Shown here: piece after piece, positions 48,607 to 58,071 of the stretch | How the letters are laid out: every line of letters starts with the position of its first letter | Position numbering within the stretch: position 1 is the first letter of the stretch | Assembly: GCA_026004395.1 (NCBI GenBank) | Contig: BPJB01000001.1 | Location: 327,343 to 391,342, forward strand | Source: Patescibacteria group bacterium | Lineage (GTDB): Bacteria > Patescibacteriota > Microgenomatia > Levybacterales > UBA12049 | DNA: 64,000 nucleotides | Reading direction: 5' to 3' | Made by a program: the position numbers and the translations under genes | Notes under the pieces: model-generated | Databases searched by the model: none | The model's input: the letters and a program-made list of their open reading frames with translations, nothing else | What the model was told of the DNA's origin: nothing

Positions 48607-50295
48607 ATGCAAAGCAAAAAAGAACTTTTTTTTATTTTTTGTATTTTTTTATCTTCAATTATTTTTGTCTTTGATCTGTTCCTGCATCAGGGTTTGCCGC
48701 AAACATTCGATAATCTTGCTCATGCTACTTCAATTACTCAATTTTTTTTGGCTTTGAAAGATGGCGATTTTCCTGTACGCTGGTCTGATGGCATCGGTAA
48801 TTATGGTCTTCCTCTTCCCATTGTAGCACATCAAGTTCCTAATTATCTGGGAGCGTTTCTGATGTATTTTTTAAATGATCCTGAGATAGTATTAAAGATA
48901 CTTTACTTCTTATCTATATTTCTATCAGGATTTTTCTTTTATCTATTTCTTAAATATTATTTCCCCCCGTTGTATGCTTTTTGTGGTACATTTTTTTATA
49001 TTTTTTCCTCTTACAAAATATTCAATACCTATGTCAGAGGTGCTCTACCTGAGTTATTCTCAGCAATTTGGTTGCCCATAATTCTTCTGGGTATACTGCT
49101 TTTTGTGAAAGAGAAGCAATTTAAAGGATTGTTATTAATCACAATGAGTGTTGCCAACCTTGCTTTGACTCATCCAATGATGCTTCTTATCTACTCATTT
49201 ATTTATTTGCCTTTTTTGTTTTGGATGCTAATATCTTCGCGAGATAAAAAAAATAATTTTTTACATTTATTGGTTCAAAGAAGTACTATTGCATGTATTG
49301 GAGGGATCATGTTAGCCCTTTTAATCGCAGGATATTATCTCATCCCTCTTGTTTTAGAGATAAAGTATTTTTATCTTGGTAATTCTCAACCGTTTACCCC
49401 TGGCAATTATCTTACTTGGGATAGCTTTTTTGGAATGCAATGGCCCTACTTTACCGAAAAAGATATTGTAACTCGTGGACATGTTGTAAATGTTGGTATT
49501 TTGGAAACATTAGTTTTTATTATGGGAATATTTTTATTCTTTCATTCAATAAAAAATAAAAAAAACAATGATCAACTCGGTATTTTATTTTTTGCCATCC
49601 TTAATGGACTGTTAGTGATTATTTTGATGTTGCCTTTTGCTGAAAATATTTTTTACTCTGTTAAAATATTGGGAAGTGTTCAGTTTCAGTGGAGATTTCT
49701 TTCAGCCTTTAATTTTTTCCCTCCAATTATTCTCGCATATGCTCTGACAAGATTAAATAAACAGTTTTTTGTAATTTTGGTAATTCTTACTATTGCATTT
49801 TTCTCTTTTCCGCAACTTTATGGGAAGAATTATATGCAAGTAGACAAAAAAAATTATTTTTTTACTCCTATCAATGTACATTCTGTACTCTTGAATACAA
49901 TCTGGTCAGGCAGGACAGAAGATTATCCTCTAAAAAAACAAAAAGCAGAAGTAATAGAAGGAGTTGGAAAAATAAAAGAAAAAAAGGAATCGAACTCTCA
50001 AAGAACATATTTAGTTGATGCTCAGACACCATTGAGGATGGTAGATTATACTTTTTATTTCCCCGGATGGAATGTATATATTGACGGCAAAAAAACCCCA
50101 ATTGAATTTCAAGACCCATCTTTTAGAGGAGTTATAACTTATCAGGTACCTTACGGAGAGCACTTGATTCATATTAAGTTTGAAAATACAAAAATTCGTC
50201 TCTTAGGAAATAGTCTTTCACTTTTGGGAATTGGATTGTTTGTGCTTGCTATTTTTTGTCAGAAAAGTGTTAAGAAATTTCTTAAGGTTTGTTAA
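48607..50295 (+). CDS. Polytopic membrane protein, paralog family A
   Basis: N-terminal LAHATSITQFFLALKDGDFPVRW. C-terminal YFPGWNVYIDGKKTPIEFQDPSFRGVITYQVPYGEHLIHIKFENTKIR, which closely matches the C-terminus of ORF 33063. Confidence 0.6.
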   Translation: MQSKKELFFIFCIFLSSIIFVFDLFLHQGLPQTFDNLAHATSITQFFLALKDGDFPVRWSDGIGNYGLPLPIVAHQVPNYLGAFLMYFLNDPEIVLKILYFLSIFLSGFFFYLFLKYYFPPLYAFCGTFFYIFSSYKIFNTYVRGALPELFSAIWLPIILLGILLFVKEKQFKGLLLITMSVANLALTHPMMLLIYSFIYLPFLFWMLISSRDKKNNFLHLLVQRSTIACIGGIMLALLIAGYYLIPLVLEIKYFYLGNSQPFTPGNYLTWDSFFGMQWPYFTEKDIVTRGHVVNVGILETLVFIMGIFLFFHSIKNKKNNDQLGILFFAILNGLLVIILMLPFAENIFYSVKILGSVQFQWRFLSAFNFFPPIILAYALTRLNKQFFVILVILTIAFFSFPQLYGKNYMQVDKKNYFFTPINVHSVLLNTIWSGRTEDYPLKKQKAEVIEGVGKIKEKKESNSQRTYLVDAQTPLRMVDYTFYFPGWNVYIDGKKTPIEFQDPSFRGVITYQVPYGEHLIHIKFENTKIRLLGNSLSLLGIGLFVLAIFCQKSVKKFLKVC

Positions 50296-50348
50296 TTTTA
50301 AAGTTATGTGGCTGAACATTTATTTTCTTGTTATAATAAAACCTCATA

Positions 50349-51065
50349 ATGAAATTATCAATCATCATTCCTGTATTTAATGAAGAAAAAACAATTGCGG
50401 CTGTAATCAAGAAAGTTTTAGCAGTTCAACTGGACAATGCTGACAAAGAAATAATAGTCGTTGATGATTGTTCTTCTGATAGGACAGGAGAGATATTAAA
50501 CAATCTTCGTCAAATTTATAAAGATCTTAAGATTTATACACATAAAAAAAATAAGGGTAAAGGTGCAGCTTTAAGAACAGGCTTCGCTTATGCGACCGGT
50601 GATTATTGTATTATTCAGGATGCTGATCTGGAATATGATCCAATGCAGATTGGATCTCTTTTCAAACCGATTGTAGAAGGTGAAGCCCAAGTAGTTTATG
50701 GAACACGTTTAAAAAGATTGCCTCACTTGCGGGGTGAGGAATCAACGCCGCGTTTTCTTCTCCATTATTTTGGCAATCGATTCTTAAGTTTGATAACCAG
50801 TATGCTCTATTTTCAATGGATTACTGACATGGAGACGTGTTATAAAATTTTCCCTCGTAAGTTTATTCAGAGAGTTAATTTAAAAGGAGAAGGTTTTGAA
50901 TTTGAACCTGAGATTACTGCAAAATTGATTAAGCATGGATATAAAATAAAAGAGATTCCTATTACTACCACACCTCGAGGTTATAACGAGGGTAAAAAAC
51001 TTCAAACATTTCCTGAGGGAATAAAAGCTTTTTGGACTTTGATTAAATATCGTTTTGTTGATTGA
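50349..51065 (+). CDS. GT2 polyprenyl-phosphate sugar synthase (GtrB/Dpm1/ArnC-like)
   Basis: LSIIIPVFNEEKTI...IIVVDDCSSDRTG...NKGKGAALRTG...IIQDADLEYDP. Followed 10 nt later by a family-B GT-C gene. Confidence 0.8.
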   Translation: MKLSIIIPVFNEEKTIAAVIKKVLAVQLDNADKEIIVVDDCSSDRTGEILNNLRQIYKDLKIYTHKKNKGKGAALRTGFAYATGDYCIIQDADLEYDPMQIGSLFKPIVEGEAQVVYGTRLKRLPHLRGEESTPRFLLHYFGNRFLSLITSMLYFQWITDMETCYKIFPRKFIQRVNLKGEGFEFEPEITAKLIKHGYKIKEIPITTTPRGYNEGKKLQTFPEGIKAFWTLIKYRFVD

Positions 51066-51074
51066 CAAAAGGTT

Positions 51075-52739
51075 ATGTTAAATAAATTGATACGTAATAC
51101 CGCACTTATCCTCGTTTTTCTTACTTTTGTTGGTGGATTATTGAGAGTCTATAAAATAGGAGAAATTCCTGTGGGATTTCACGCGGATGAAGCCTACTTT
51201 GGCTATAACGCATACTCTCTATTGAGAACAGGAAGAGATATTACAGGACATTTTATACCTATTCACCTGGAATCATTTCTTTATAGTCCGGGGGGGTATT
51301 CGTATCTGATTATTCCATTTCTCGTTTTTTTTGATTTAAGTCCAGTTGCAGTTAGACTTCCAGCTGCAATAATTGGTACAGCAACAATAATTCTGACATT
51401 TTTTTTAGTACGCATGATTTTTTCTCAAGAAAAATACAGTGTGCTGGTCGCATTAATCACCACTTTTCTTCTCACTATTAGTCCTTGGCATATTAATCTC
51501 TCTCGTGCTTCAGCTGAAAATGTCATTGTAGTATTCCTTATAATTCTAAGTGTGTTTTTGTATTTGAAATGGGTTGAGAATCAACGATTTTTTATTCTTT
51601 TGTTTTCCTTTATTTTTTTTGCAAGCACGTATCTTTTTTATCAAGCTCCGCGTGCTTTCCTCCCTCTTTTTATTCCTTTTTTAGTATTGTTCTTTTCTCG
51701 TCAATTGAAGCCAAAGAAATATTTTTTGATAGGCATTCTATATTTATTTTTCATAGTCTTGCCGCTAGTCATTATTGTCACCTCTGATACCCTATCCTAT
51801 AGATTAAGGATGTTGTCCGTATTTAGTTATCCGAAAACTCAAGCATTAATTGATGAGGCAATAGTAGAGGATGGTTTATCATCTCAGCCTGTTATCTTGA
51901 CACGCGTATTTCATAACAAGATTGTTGGTTATACTTCAGAGATATTTGATACTTATATGCAACATTTATCTTACGGTTTTTTATTTAAAGATGAAGGTTT
52001 GCCAGCGCGTTATCGTGTGCCAAATATGGGATTACTTTATTTATTTGAGCTTCCTTTAATTGTTGTTGGATTGTACTCTATAGTACGATTGCGCAGTAGG
52101 GGTGGATTGTTATGTATTGTGTGGGTTCTTTTGGGATTTGTTGGGTCTGCTTTAACATATGATGATGTTCCCAATCTTCAGAGGACTCTTCTTGTTTTGC
52201 CTGCACTTCAAGTTGTGGGTGGATTTGGCGCTGTGACACTTTTTAAAAATTTACCTTCAAAGGTGATTCCGATTGTGGTTTTAGTGAGCATTATCATAGT
52301 GCTTTATTTTGTTTCCTATTATCTTCATCAATATTTTATCCATCAGATTATTCATAAGCCAATTTATCGTCAGGAGGGGTATAAAGAGTTGGTCAGAGTG
52401 GTAAATAAATTGCTCCCTCAATATCAATATGCAATGATAACAACTCGTCAGGCATCTCCTCTAATTTTTTTTCTTTTTTATTCTCAGTATGATCCAGCAA
52501 AATTCCAACAAGAGATTAAAAAAGAAAAGCACAATTTCCTTATTGAGGATTTTGGAAAAGTAAGCATAGATAAATATAGATTTTTTACAGATGCGTGTTT
52601 TGATAAAGACAAATTAAAAGAATCGATTTTATATGTTGATCTTGGATCTTGCGATGTTCCTTATTCTCAAGTACATGTTCTAAAAGAAATTAAAAGAGGT
52701 GATGCAAGTATAGTATTCAGGGTGTATGATAAAAAATAA
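51075..52739 (+). CDS. GT-C glycosyltransferase, PMT/ArnT-like (GT39/83), paralog family B
   Basis: First-loop motif GFHADEAYFGYNAYSLLRTGRD...HLESF, the DE motif of PMT_2. 554 aa with a C-terminal soluble domain. Confidence 0.7.
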   Translation: MLNKLIRNTALILVFLTFVGGLLRVYKIGEIPVGFHADEAYFGYNAYSLLRTGRDITGHFIPIHLESFLYSPGGYSYLIIPFLVFFDLSPVAVRLPAAIIGTATIILTFFLVRMIFSQEKYSVLVALITTFLLTISPWHINLSRASAENVIVVFLIILSVFLYLKWVENQRFFILLFSFIFFASTYLFYQAPRAFLPLFIPFLVLFFSRQLKPKKYFLIGILYLFFIVLPLVIIVTSDTLSYRLRMLSVFSYPKTQALIDEAIVEDGLSSQPVILTRVFHNKIVGYTSEIFDTYMQHLSYGFLFKDEGLPARYRVPNMGLLYLFELPLIVVGLYSIVRLRSRGGLLCIVWVLLGFVGSALTYDDVPNLQRTLLVLPALQVVGGFGAVTLFKNLPSKVIPIVVLVSIIIVLYFVSYYLHQYFIHQIIHKPIYRQEGYKELVRVVNKLLPQYQYAMITTRQASPLIFFLFYSQYDPAKFQQEIKKEKHNFLIEDFGKVSIDKYRFFTDACFDKDKLKESILYVDLGSCDVPYSQVHVLKEIKRGDASIVFRVYDKK

Positions 52740-52745
52740 GATGAA

Positions 52746-53669
52746 GTGATTATGGAAAAAGTGATAATTTCAATTATTGATTATAATGGACGTGACGATA
52801 CAATTGCCTGTCTTCGCTCTATTGAAAAATTAGTTACGGAAAATTTCTTCTTTGAGGTAGTTGTCATTGATAATTATCCTCAAGGGTTCTTTTCTTTGGG
52901 AGATGAGAAGTTTGATATTCCAATTACGATAATTAAGACTCCCAAAGCTTTGGGATTTGCTGGAGGACAGAATAAAGGCATAGAGTATGCTTTGGAACAG
53001 AACGCAGATTATGTTCTTGTATTAAATAATGATACGCTTGTAGATAAAAATCTTTTGCGTGAGTTAGTGAGAGCTAGCAGGGAGGATAAAAAACGCGGTG
53101 CAATTGTTCCTAAAATTTATTTTGCAAAAGGTCATGAATTCCACAAAGATCGTTATACAAAAGATGAATTAGGACGGATCATCTGGTATGCAGGTGGCAG
53201 AATGGACTGGAACAATATTTATGGTATTCATATTGGAGTTGATGAAGTAGATCATGGACAGTATGACCATGAATCAGAAACAGAGCTTTTGACAGGATGT
53301 TGCGTACTATTAACAAAAGATGTTTTGAATAAAGTAAAAGGATTTGATAACAGATATTTTTTGTATTATGAAGATGCTGACCTTAATGAAAGGATAAAGA
53401 AAGCTGGTTTTCTCATTTGGTATAGGCCAAGTGCACTACTTTGGCATGTAAATGCAGCATCAACAGGAGGATCAGGATCTCCAACTCAGGATTATTATAT
53501 TAGCCGCAATAGACTCTTATTTGGTATGAAGTATGCTAGTTTAAGGACAAAAATCGCATTGATAAGAGAAAGTTTGCGTATTCTTAGATCAGGGAGGGAA
53601 TGGCAAAAAAAGGGAGTAATTGATTTTTATCTTAGACGGCTTAAAAATGGGAGGCTTTATAATGATTAA
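52746..53669 (+). CDS. GT2 glycosyltransferase, RfbF/WbbL (rhamnosyltransferase)-like
   Basis: VISIIDYNGRDDT...VIDNYPQG...LVLNNDTLV...GCCVLLTKDVLNKVKGFDNRYFLYYEDADL is the typical GT2_RfbF-like pattern. Confidence 0.75.
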   Translation: MIMEKVIISIIDYNGRDDTIACLRSIEKLVTENFFFEVVVIDNYPQGFFSLGDEKFDIPITIIKTPKALGFAGGQNKGIEYALEQNADYVLVLNNDTLVDKNLLRELVRASREDKKRGAIVPKIYFAKGHEFHKDRYTKDELGRIIWYAGGRMDWNNIYGIHIGVDEVDHGQYDHESETELLTGCCVLLTKDVLNKVKGFDNRYFLYYEDADLNERIKKAGFLIWYRPSALLWHVNAASTGGSGSPTQDYYISRNRLLFGMKYASLRTKIALIRESLRILRSGREWQKKGVIDFYLRRLKNGRLYND

Positions 53670-54411
53670 GCTGACAGGTATAGTCATAGCCAAGAATGAA
53701 GAAGAGATGATTGGAGAATGCCTTGATTCTCTTGCTTTTTGCGATCAAATAATTGTTGTGGATAACGCTTCATCTGATGGAACAAAAAAAATTGCCAAGC
53801 AAAAAGGGGCAAAAGTTATTAGTACAGAAATTAACAGTTTTTCTGAACTTAGGAATTTGGGTTTGGCAAAGGCACGATCAGAATATGTTCTTTACATAGA
53901 TGCAGATGAGCGTGTATCAGATGCACTGTATAATGAGATTTTATCCATTGTTTATAAGAATGATAAAAAAATAAGCGCGTATCGTATTCCTAGAAAAAAT
54001 TATTATTTTGGAGATCACCCTTGGCCGTATATAGAAAAACTGGAAAGGTTGTTTCGTAAAAAGAGCCTCAAAGGATGGTTGGGTGTGTTGCATGAAACAC
54101 CTCAGGTAATTGGTGAAGTAGGAGAGTTAGAGTCTCCAATTCTCCATTATACTCATCGTAATCTAGAAGAAATGGTCAATAAAACCAATGTTTGGTCTGA
54201 TGTTGAGGCTAGGCTTCGATTTGAACAACATCATCCCAAAATGACTTGGTGGAGATTTCCTAGAGTGATGTTTACTGCATTTTGGGATTCATTTGTTAAA
54301 CAAAAAGGTTTCCAAGCAGGTACAATAGGTTTACTCGAGAGCGTATATCAGGCATACAGTATGTTTATTACCTACGCGAAGCTTTGGGAGTTGCAAGAGA
54401 TAAAACAATAG
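53662..54411 (+). CDS. GT2 glycosyltransferase (paralog of 47058-47978)
   Basis: LTGIVIAKNEEEMIGECLDSL...IIVVDNASSDGT...YIDADERV. The ATG at 53662 has a GGGAGG SD 8 nt upstream and overlaps the upstream stop (ATGATTAA). The ORF track gives a longer 53620 start. Confidence 0.75.
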   Translation: MIKLTGIVIAKNEEEMIGECLDSLAFCDQIIVVDNASSDGTKKIAKQKGAKVISTEINSFSELRNLGLAKARSEYVLYIDADERVSDALYNEILSIVYKNDKKISAYRIPRKNYYFGDHPWPYIEKLERLFRKKSLKGWLGVLHETPQVIGEVGELESPILHYTHRNLEEMVNKTNVWSDVEARLRFEQHHPKMTWWRFPRVMFTAFWDSFVKQKGFQAGTIGLLESVYQAYSMFITYAKLWELQEIKQ

Positions 54412-54651
54412 CTATTTTTTGAGCATTCTAAACCAGTCACTAATTTGATCAACAGTAAGTTTATTCTTGGCAAAGCGCAAAAGGAAAATAATCTCTAAAA
54501 CACCCAAAGTATTAAGAATAAGCATAGCAATAAACCAATATTTTTGTTCTCCTTGTGCTGCTCTCCATAAAGCCAATCCTTTCCAAAGGATAGCCCATAA
54601 GAAGATAAAATAAAATATAAAAGGTGGTATATTGCCAATAGATGGGTTCAT
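54412..54651 (-). CDS. Small two-TM membrane protein (hypothetical)
   Basis: 79 aa. FIFYFIFLWAILWKGLALWRAA...WFIAMLILNTLGVLEIIFLL has two hydrophobic helices. It is antisense-embedded between a GT2 and a GT4 gene. Confidence 0.4.
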   Translation of the reverse strand: MNPSIGNIPPFIFYFIFLWAILWKGLALWRAAQGEQKYWFIAMLILNTLGVLEIIFLLRFAKNKLTVDQISDWFRMLKK

Positions 54652-54706
54652 TTTCTATATCTTAACATACATTTTGATAAATAGCAAAAATTGCTACAAT
54701 AAAAGA

Positions 54707-55780
54707 GTGAAAATTGGAATTTTTTCTCCATATCTTGATACTATGTCTGGAGGTGAGAAATATATGCTGACGCTTGCAGATTGCCTCTCTCCTGAGCATG
54801 AGGTAACGATTTTCTGGGACAAAGATAAAGAAAAAGACATTAGAGAAAAAGCCAAACACAGATTCAATTTCGATTTAGCTAATATAACATTCACATCTTC
54901 GATTTTTAGCAGCAGTATATCTTTTTTTGAGAGATTTTGGGAAAGTAAGAAATATGATCTGATCTTTTTTTTGAGTGATGGTAGTATTCCTTTTCTTGCA
55001 TGTCCGGTTATTCTCCATTTTCAATCTCCTGTTGAGTGGGTAAAAGTATCCTTAAAGACAAGAATAAAGATGTCTTTCATCCATGAAGTAATTTGCAACT
55101 CATTTTTTACCAAGTATTATATTGATCGCAAATTTCATCTACAAAGTAAGGTTGTCTATCCACCTGTAGATTTTTCTGCTGCCAAAAAAAATCTTAAAAA
55201 AGAAAAAATTATTCTTAATGTAGGCCGTTTTGGGATAAACCATGCAGGATCTAGTTTTAAAAAACAAGATATTCTTGCCGAAGCATTTGCTGATCTCATA
55301 GAAAACGGCATAAATAATTGGAAGCTTGTTTTTGTTGTGAGTTTGAGAGATGAAGATAAAAAGAGTTTTAATTCTTTTCAGAAAAGATACAACTTTCTTC
55401 CTATAAAATATGTTATCAATCCTTCCAGTGAAGAACTTTGGGAGTATTATTCTAAAGCAAGTATCTATTGGCATGCGTCAGGATATGGTGAGAATTTGGA
55501 TGAACATCCGGACCGCGCAGAACATTTTGGGATCTCAACAGTTGAAGCTATGGGATCGGGTGCAGTACCTTTAGTGTATAATGCAGGCGGGCAAAAAGAA
55601 ATTGTCACCCACCAACATACAGGATTTTTGTGGAATTCTACCCAAGAGTTAATTGCCTATACCCAAAATCTTATATCAGAACCAACTCAATTAGCAGATC
55701 TTTCTCAGGCAGCAAAACAAGCAGCATATAAATATCAAAAGGAAGAGTTTTGTAAAAATATCAAAAGTATTCTTCCATGA
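54707..55780 (+). CDS. GT4 (GT1-type) glycosyltransferase
   Basis: N-terminus VKIGIFSPYLDTMSGGEKYML. C-terminal motif EHFGISTVEAMGSGAVPLVYNAGGQKEIV...TGFLW. GTG start at 54707 is assumed; the ORF track extends to 54632. Confidence 0.75.
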   Translation: MKIGIFSPYLDTMSGGEKYMLTLADCLSPEHEVTIFWDKDKEKDIREKAKHRFNFDLANITFTSSIFSSSISFFERFWESKKYDLIFFLSDGSIPFLACPVILHFQSPVEWVKVSLKTRIKMSFIHEVICNSFFTKYYIDRKFHLQSKVVYPPVDFSAAKKNLKKEKIILNVGRFGINHAGSSFKKQDILAEAFADLIENGINNWKLVFVVSLRDEDKKSFNSFQKRYNFLPIKYVINPSSEELWEYYSKASIYWHASGYGENLDEHPDRAEHFGISTVEAMGSGAVPLVYNAGGQKEIVTHQHTGFLWNSTQELIAYTQNLISEPTQLADLSQAAKQAAYKYQKEEFCKNIKSILP

Positions 55781-58068
55781 AACAAAAATATCTTGCGCTA
55801 CTCATAGTTTTTATTGTTTCTCTATTCTTTTATCCTTTGTTTTTTCAAGGAAAGCTTCCTGTGCCTGCTGATACTATTGTTGGACTTTACCATCCTTTTA
55901 GAGACCTTTACTCTGGGGAGTATCCTAATGGTATTCCCTTTAAGAATTTTTTAATAACAGATCCTGTTCGACAGCAGATTCCTTGGAGATTTATTAGTTT
56001 GGAGATAATTAAAGAGAAAGAATTGCCACTTTGGAATCCTTACGCATTTTCAGGCTATCCACTGCTTGGTAATTTTCAGTCTGCGGTATTTAATCCTCTA
56101 AATATTTTTATTCTTTTGCTGCCGTTTTGGTTAGGATGGACTATTATTGTTTTGCTTCAGCCAATTCTTGCCGCCTTGTTTATGTTTTATTATCTTGCTT
56201 ATCTTCGGTTGACAAAAATAGCATCTTTTTTAGGAGGAGTGACGTTTGCTTTTAGTGGTTTTATGATTGCCTGGCTTGAGTGGGGGACACTGGGATATGT
56301 GATAGCATTTGTCCCTCTGATTTTATTGTCATTGGAGCAACTTATTAGGCAATGGACAAGAAGATGGGCTGTTGTTTTCACTCTTTCAGCTATGATACAA
56401 CTATTTTCCGGTCACCTGCAGGTGTGGTTTTATACATTTATTTTAATCAATCTCTATCTTCTTTTCCGTTTATATTTTTCTCTAAAAGAGCAACGGGAGA
56501 AAATCACATTTTTGTCTTTTCTAAACGCATATAAGTCCTTTCTTTTGCTTATAATTTTTGTTTTAGCAGCGACATCTATTCAATGGATACCAAGTTTAAT
56601 ATTAATTCTTCAAAGCGGTAGAGATGCAGATCAGGTATTCTGGCAAAATCAAGGCTGGTTTATCCCCTGGCAACATTTGATTCAGTTTGTTGTACCCGAT
56701 TTCTTTGGTAATCCAACAACACTTAACTATTGGGGTGTTTGGAATTATGCAGAGTTTGTAGGATATATTGGTCTTGCTCAATTGATTTTTGCGACTACTG
56801 CGATAATCAATCTTATCAGAAAAAATTATTATGTATCGTTTTTTGCGGGTGTTGTTATATTTTCACTAATTTTTTCTCTTCCTACGCCTCTTGCTGTTAT
56901 TCCATTTACTCTTGATATTCCCTTACTTTCAACATCCCAACCAACAAGACTTCTTTCTTTAATAGACTTATCTTTAGCTATTTTAAGTGCTTTCGGATTT
57001 AATTTGCTAATTGAGAAAAAACAAAAAAAAATTATTACCTCTTTTATATTGACTGGTTTAATTTTGGCATTTCTTTGGTTATTTGTGAATCAATTAATTT
57101 TTAAATTAATAAATATTGATAAAGTAAATCTTTTGGTTGCAAAGAGAAATCTTATTTTCCCAACAGTTATTTTCCTATCGGTGTCTTTTGCGTTTGTTTT
57201 ATTAAATTCAGTAAAAAGATCCTTGATTAGAAATATAGTGATTTTGGGAATTATAATAATTTCTTTGTTTGATTTATTTCGATTCTTTCACAAATTTACT
57301 TCCTTTTCTCCGAAGAATTATCTTTTCCCAACTACCAAAACAATTTCTTTTTTGCAAAATAATCTGCAATATCAGAGATTTATGACTGTAGATGATCGCA
57401 TACTTCCTCCAAATTTTTCAATTTTTTATAAACTGGAAAGTGTTAACGGTTACGATCCGCTATATTTAAGACGATATGCAGAATATATAGCGGCAAGTGA
57501 AAGGGCAAAACCTGATATTTCACCTCCATGGGGATTTAATCGTATCATTACTCCCAAAAGATTTGATTCTCGACTTATTGATATGCTGGGTACAAAATAT
57601 ATTTTGTCTCTTGTGGATCTTAATTCACCCAAAATAAAAAAAATCTTTACAGAAGGAGAGACAAGAGTCTATGAAAATAAAGCAGCGCTACCCAGAGTGA
57701 TACTCGTCAACGATCTTTTTATTGTTCCTACAAAACAAAAGGCTATTGAAAAATTATTTGAGCCATCTTTTAATCCGCAAACCCAAGCAGTAGGTGAATT
57801 TCCTAGTGAGAAACAATCACTAAAAAAACAATATGCTTCAGGAAGTGCAACAATTCTTTATTACTCACCAACAAAAATTATAATAAAGACAGTTCTTAGA
57901 GATGAAGGATTTCTTGTGCTATTTGATCCCTACTATCCAACATGGAGAGTTTTCATTTGTTCTAGTTCGTGTACACAGACTGAGATGATCAGAACAAACT
58001 TTCTTTTTAGAGGGGTTGTTGTTCCGGGTGGTGAGCATACTATAGAATTTAGAAATAATATTTTTTAA
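55777..58068 (+). CDS. Large polytopic membrane protein (about 763 aa), putative GT-C/YfhO-like glycosyltransferase
   Basis: About 14 TM helices in the N-terminal 500 aa. Extracytoplasmic loop motif PADTIVGLYHPFRDLY. C-terminal soluble domain. Overlaps the upstream GT4 stop. Confidence 0.45.
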   Translation: MKQKYLALLIVFIVSLFFYPLFFQGKLPVPADTIVGLYHPFRDLYSGEYPNGIPFKNFLITDPVRQQIPWRFISLEIIKEKELPLWNPYAFSGYPLLGNFQSAVFNPLNIFILLLPFWLGWTIIVLLQPILAALFMFYYLAYLRLTKIASFLGGVTFAFSGFMIAWLEWGTLGYVIAFVPLILLSLEQLIRQWTRRWAVVFTLSAMIQLFSGHLQVWFYTFILINLYLLFRLYFSLKEQREKITFLSFLNAYKSFLLLIIFVLAATSIQWIPSLILILQSGRDADQVFWQNQGWFIPWQHLIQFVVPDFFGNPTTLNYWGVWNYAEFVGYIGLAQLIFATTAIINLIRKNYYVSFFAGVVIFSLIFSLPTPLAVIPFTLDIPLLSTSQPTRLLSLIDLSLAILSAFGFNLLIEKKQKKIITSFILTGLILAFLWLFVNQLIFKLINIDKVNLLVAKRNLIFPTVIFLSVSFAFVLLNSVKRSLIRNIVILGIIIISLFDLFRFFHKFTSFSPKNYLFPTTKTISFLQNNLQYQRFMTVDDRILPPNFSIFYKLESVNGYDPLYLRRYAEYIAASERAKPDISPPWGFNRIITPKRFDSRLIDMLGTKYILSLVDLNSPKIKKIFTEGETRVYENKAALPRVILVNDLFIVPTKQKAIEKLFEPSFNPQTQAVGEFPSEKQSLKKQYASGSATILYYSPTKIIIKTVLRDEGFLVLFDPYYPTWRVFICSSSCTQTEMIRTNFLFRGVVVPGGEHTIEFRNNIF

Positions 58069-58071
58069 TTT

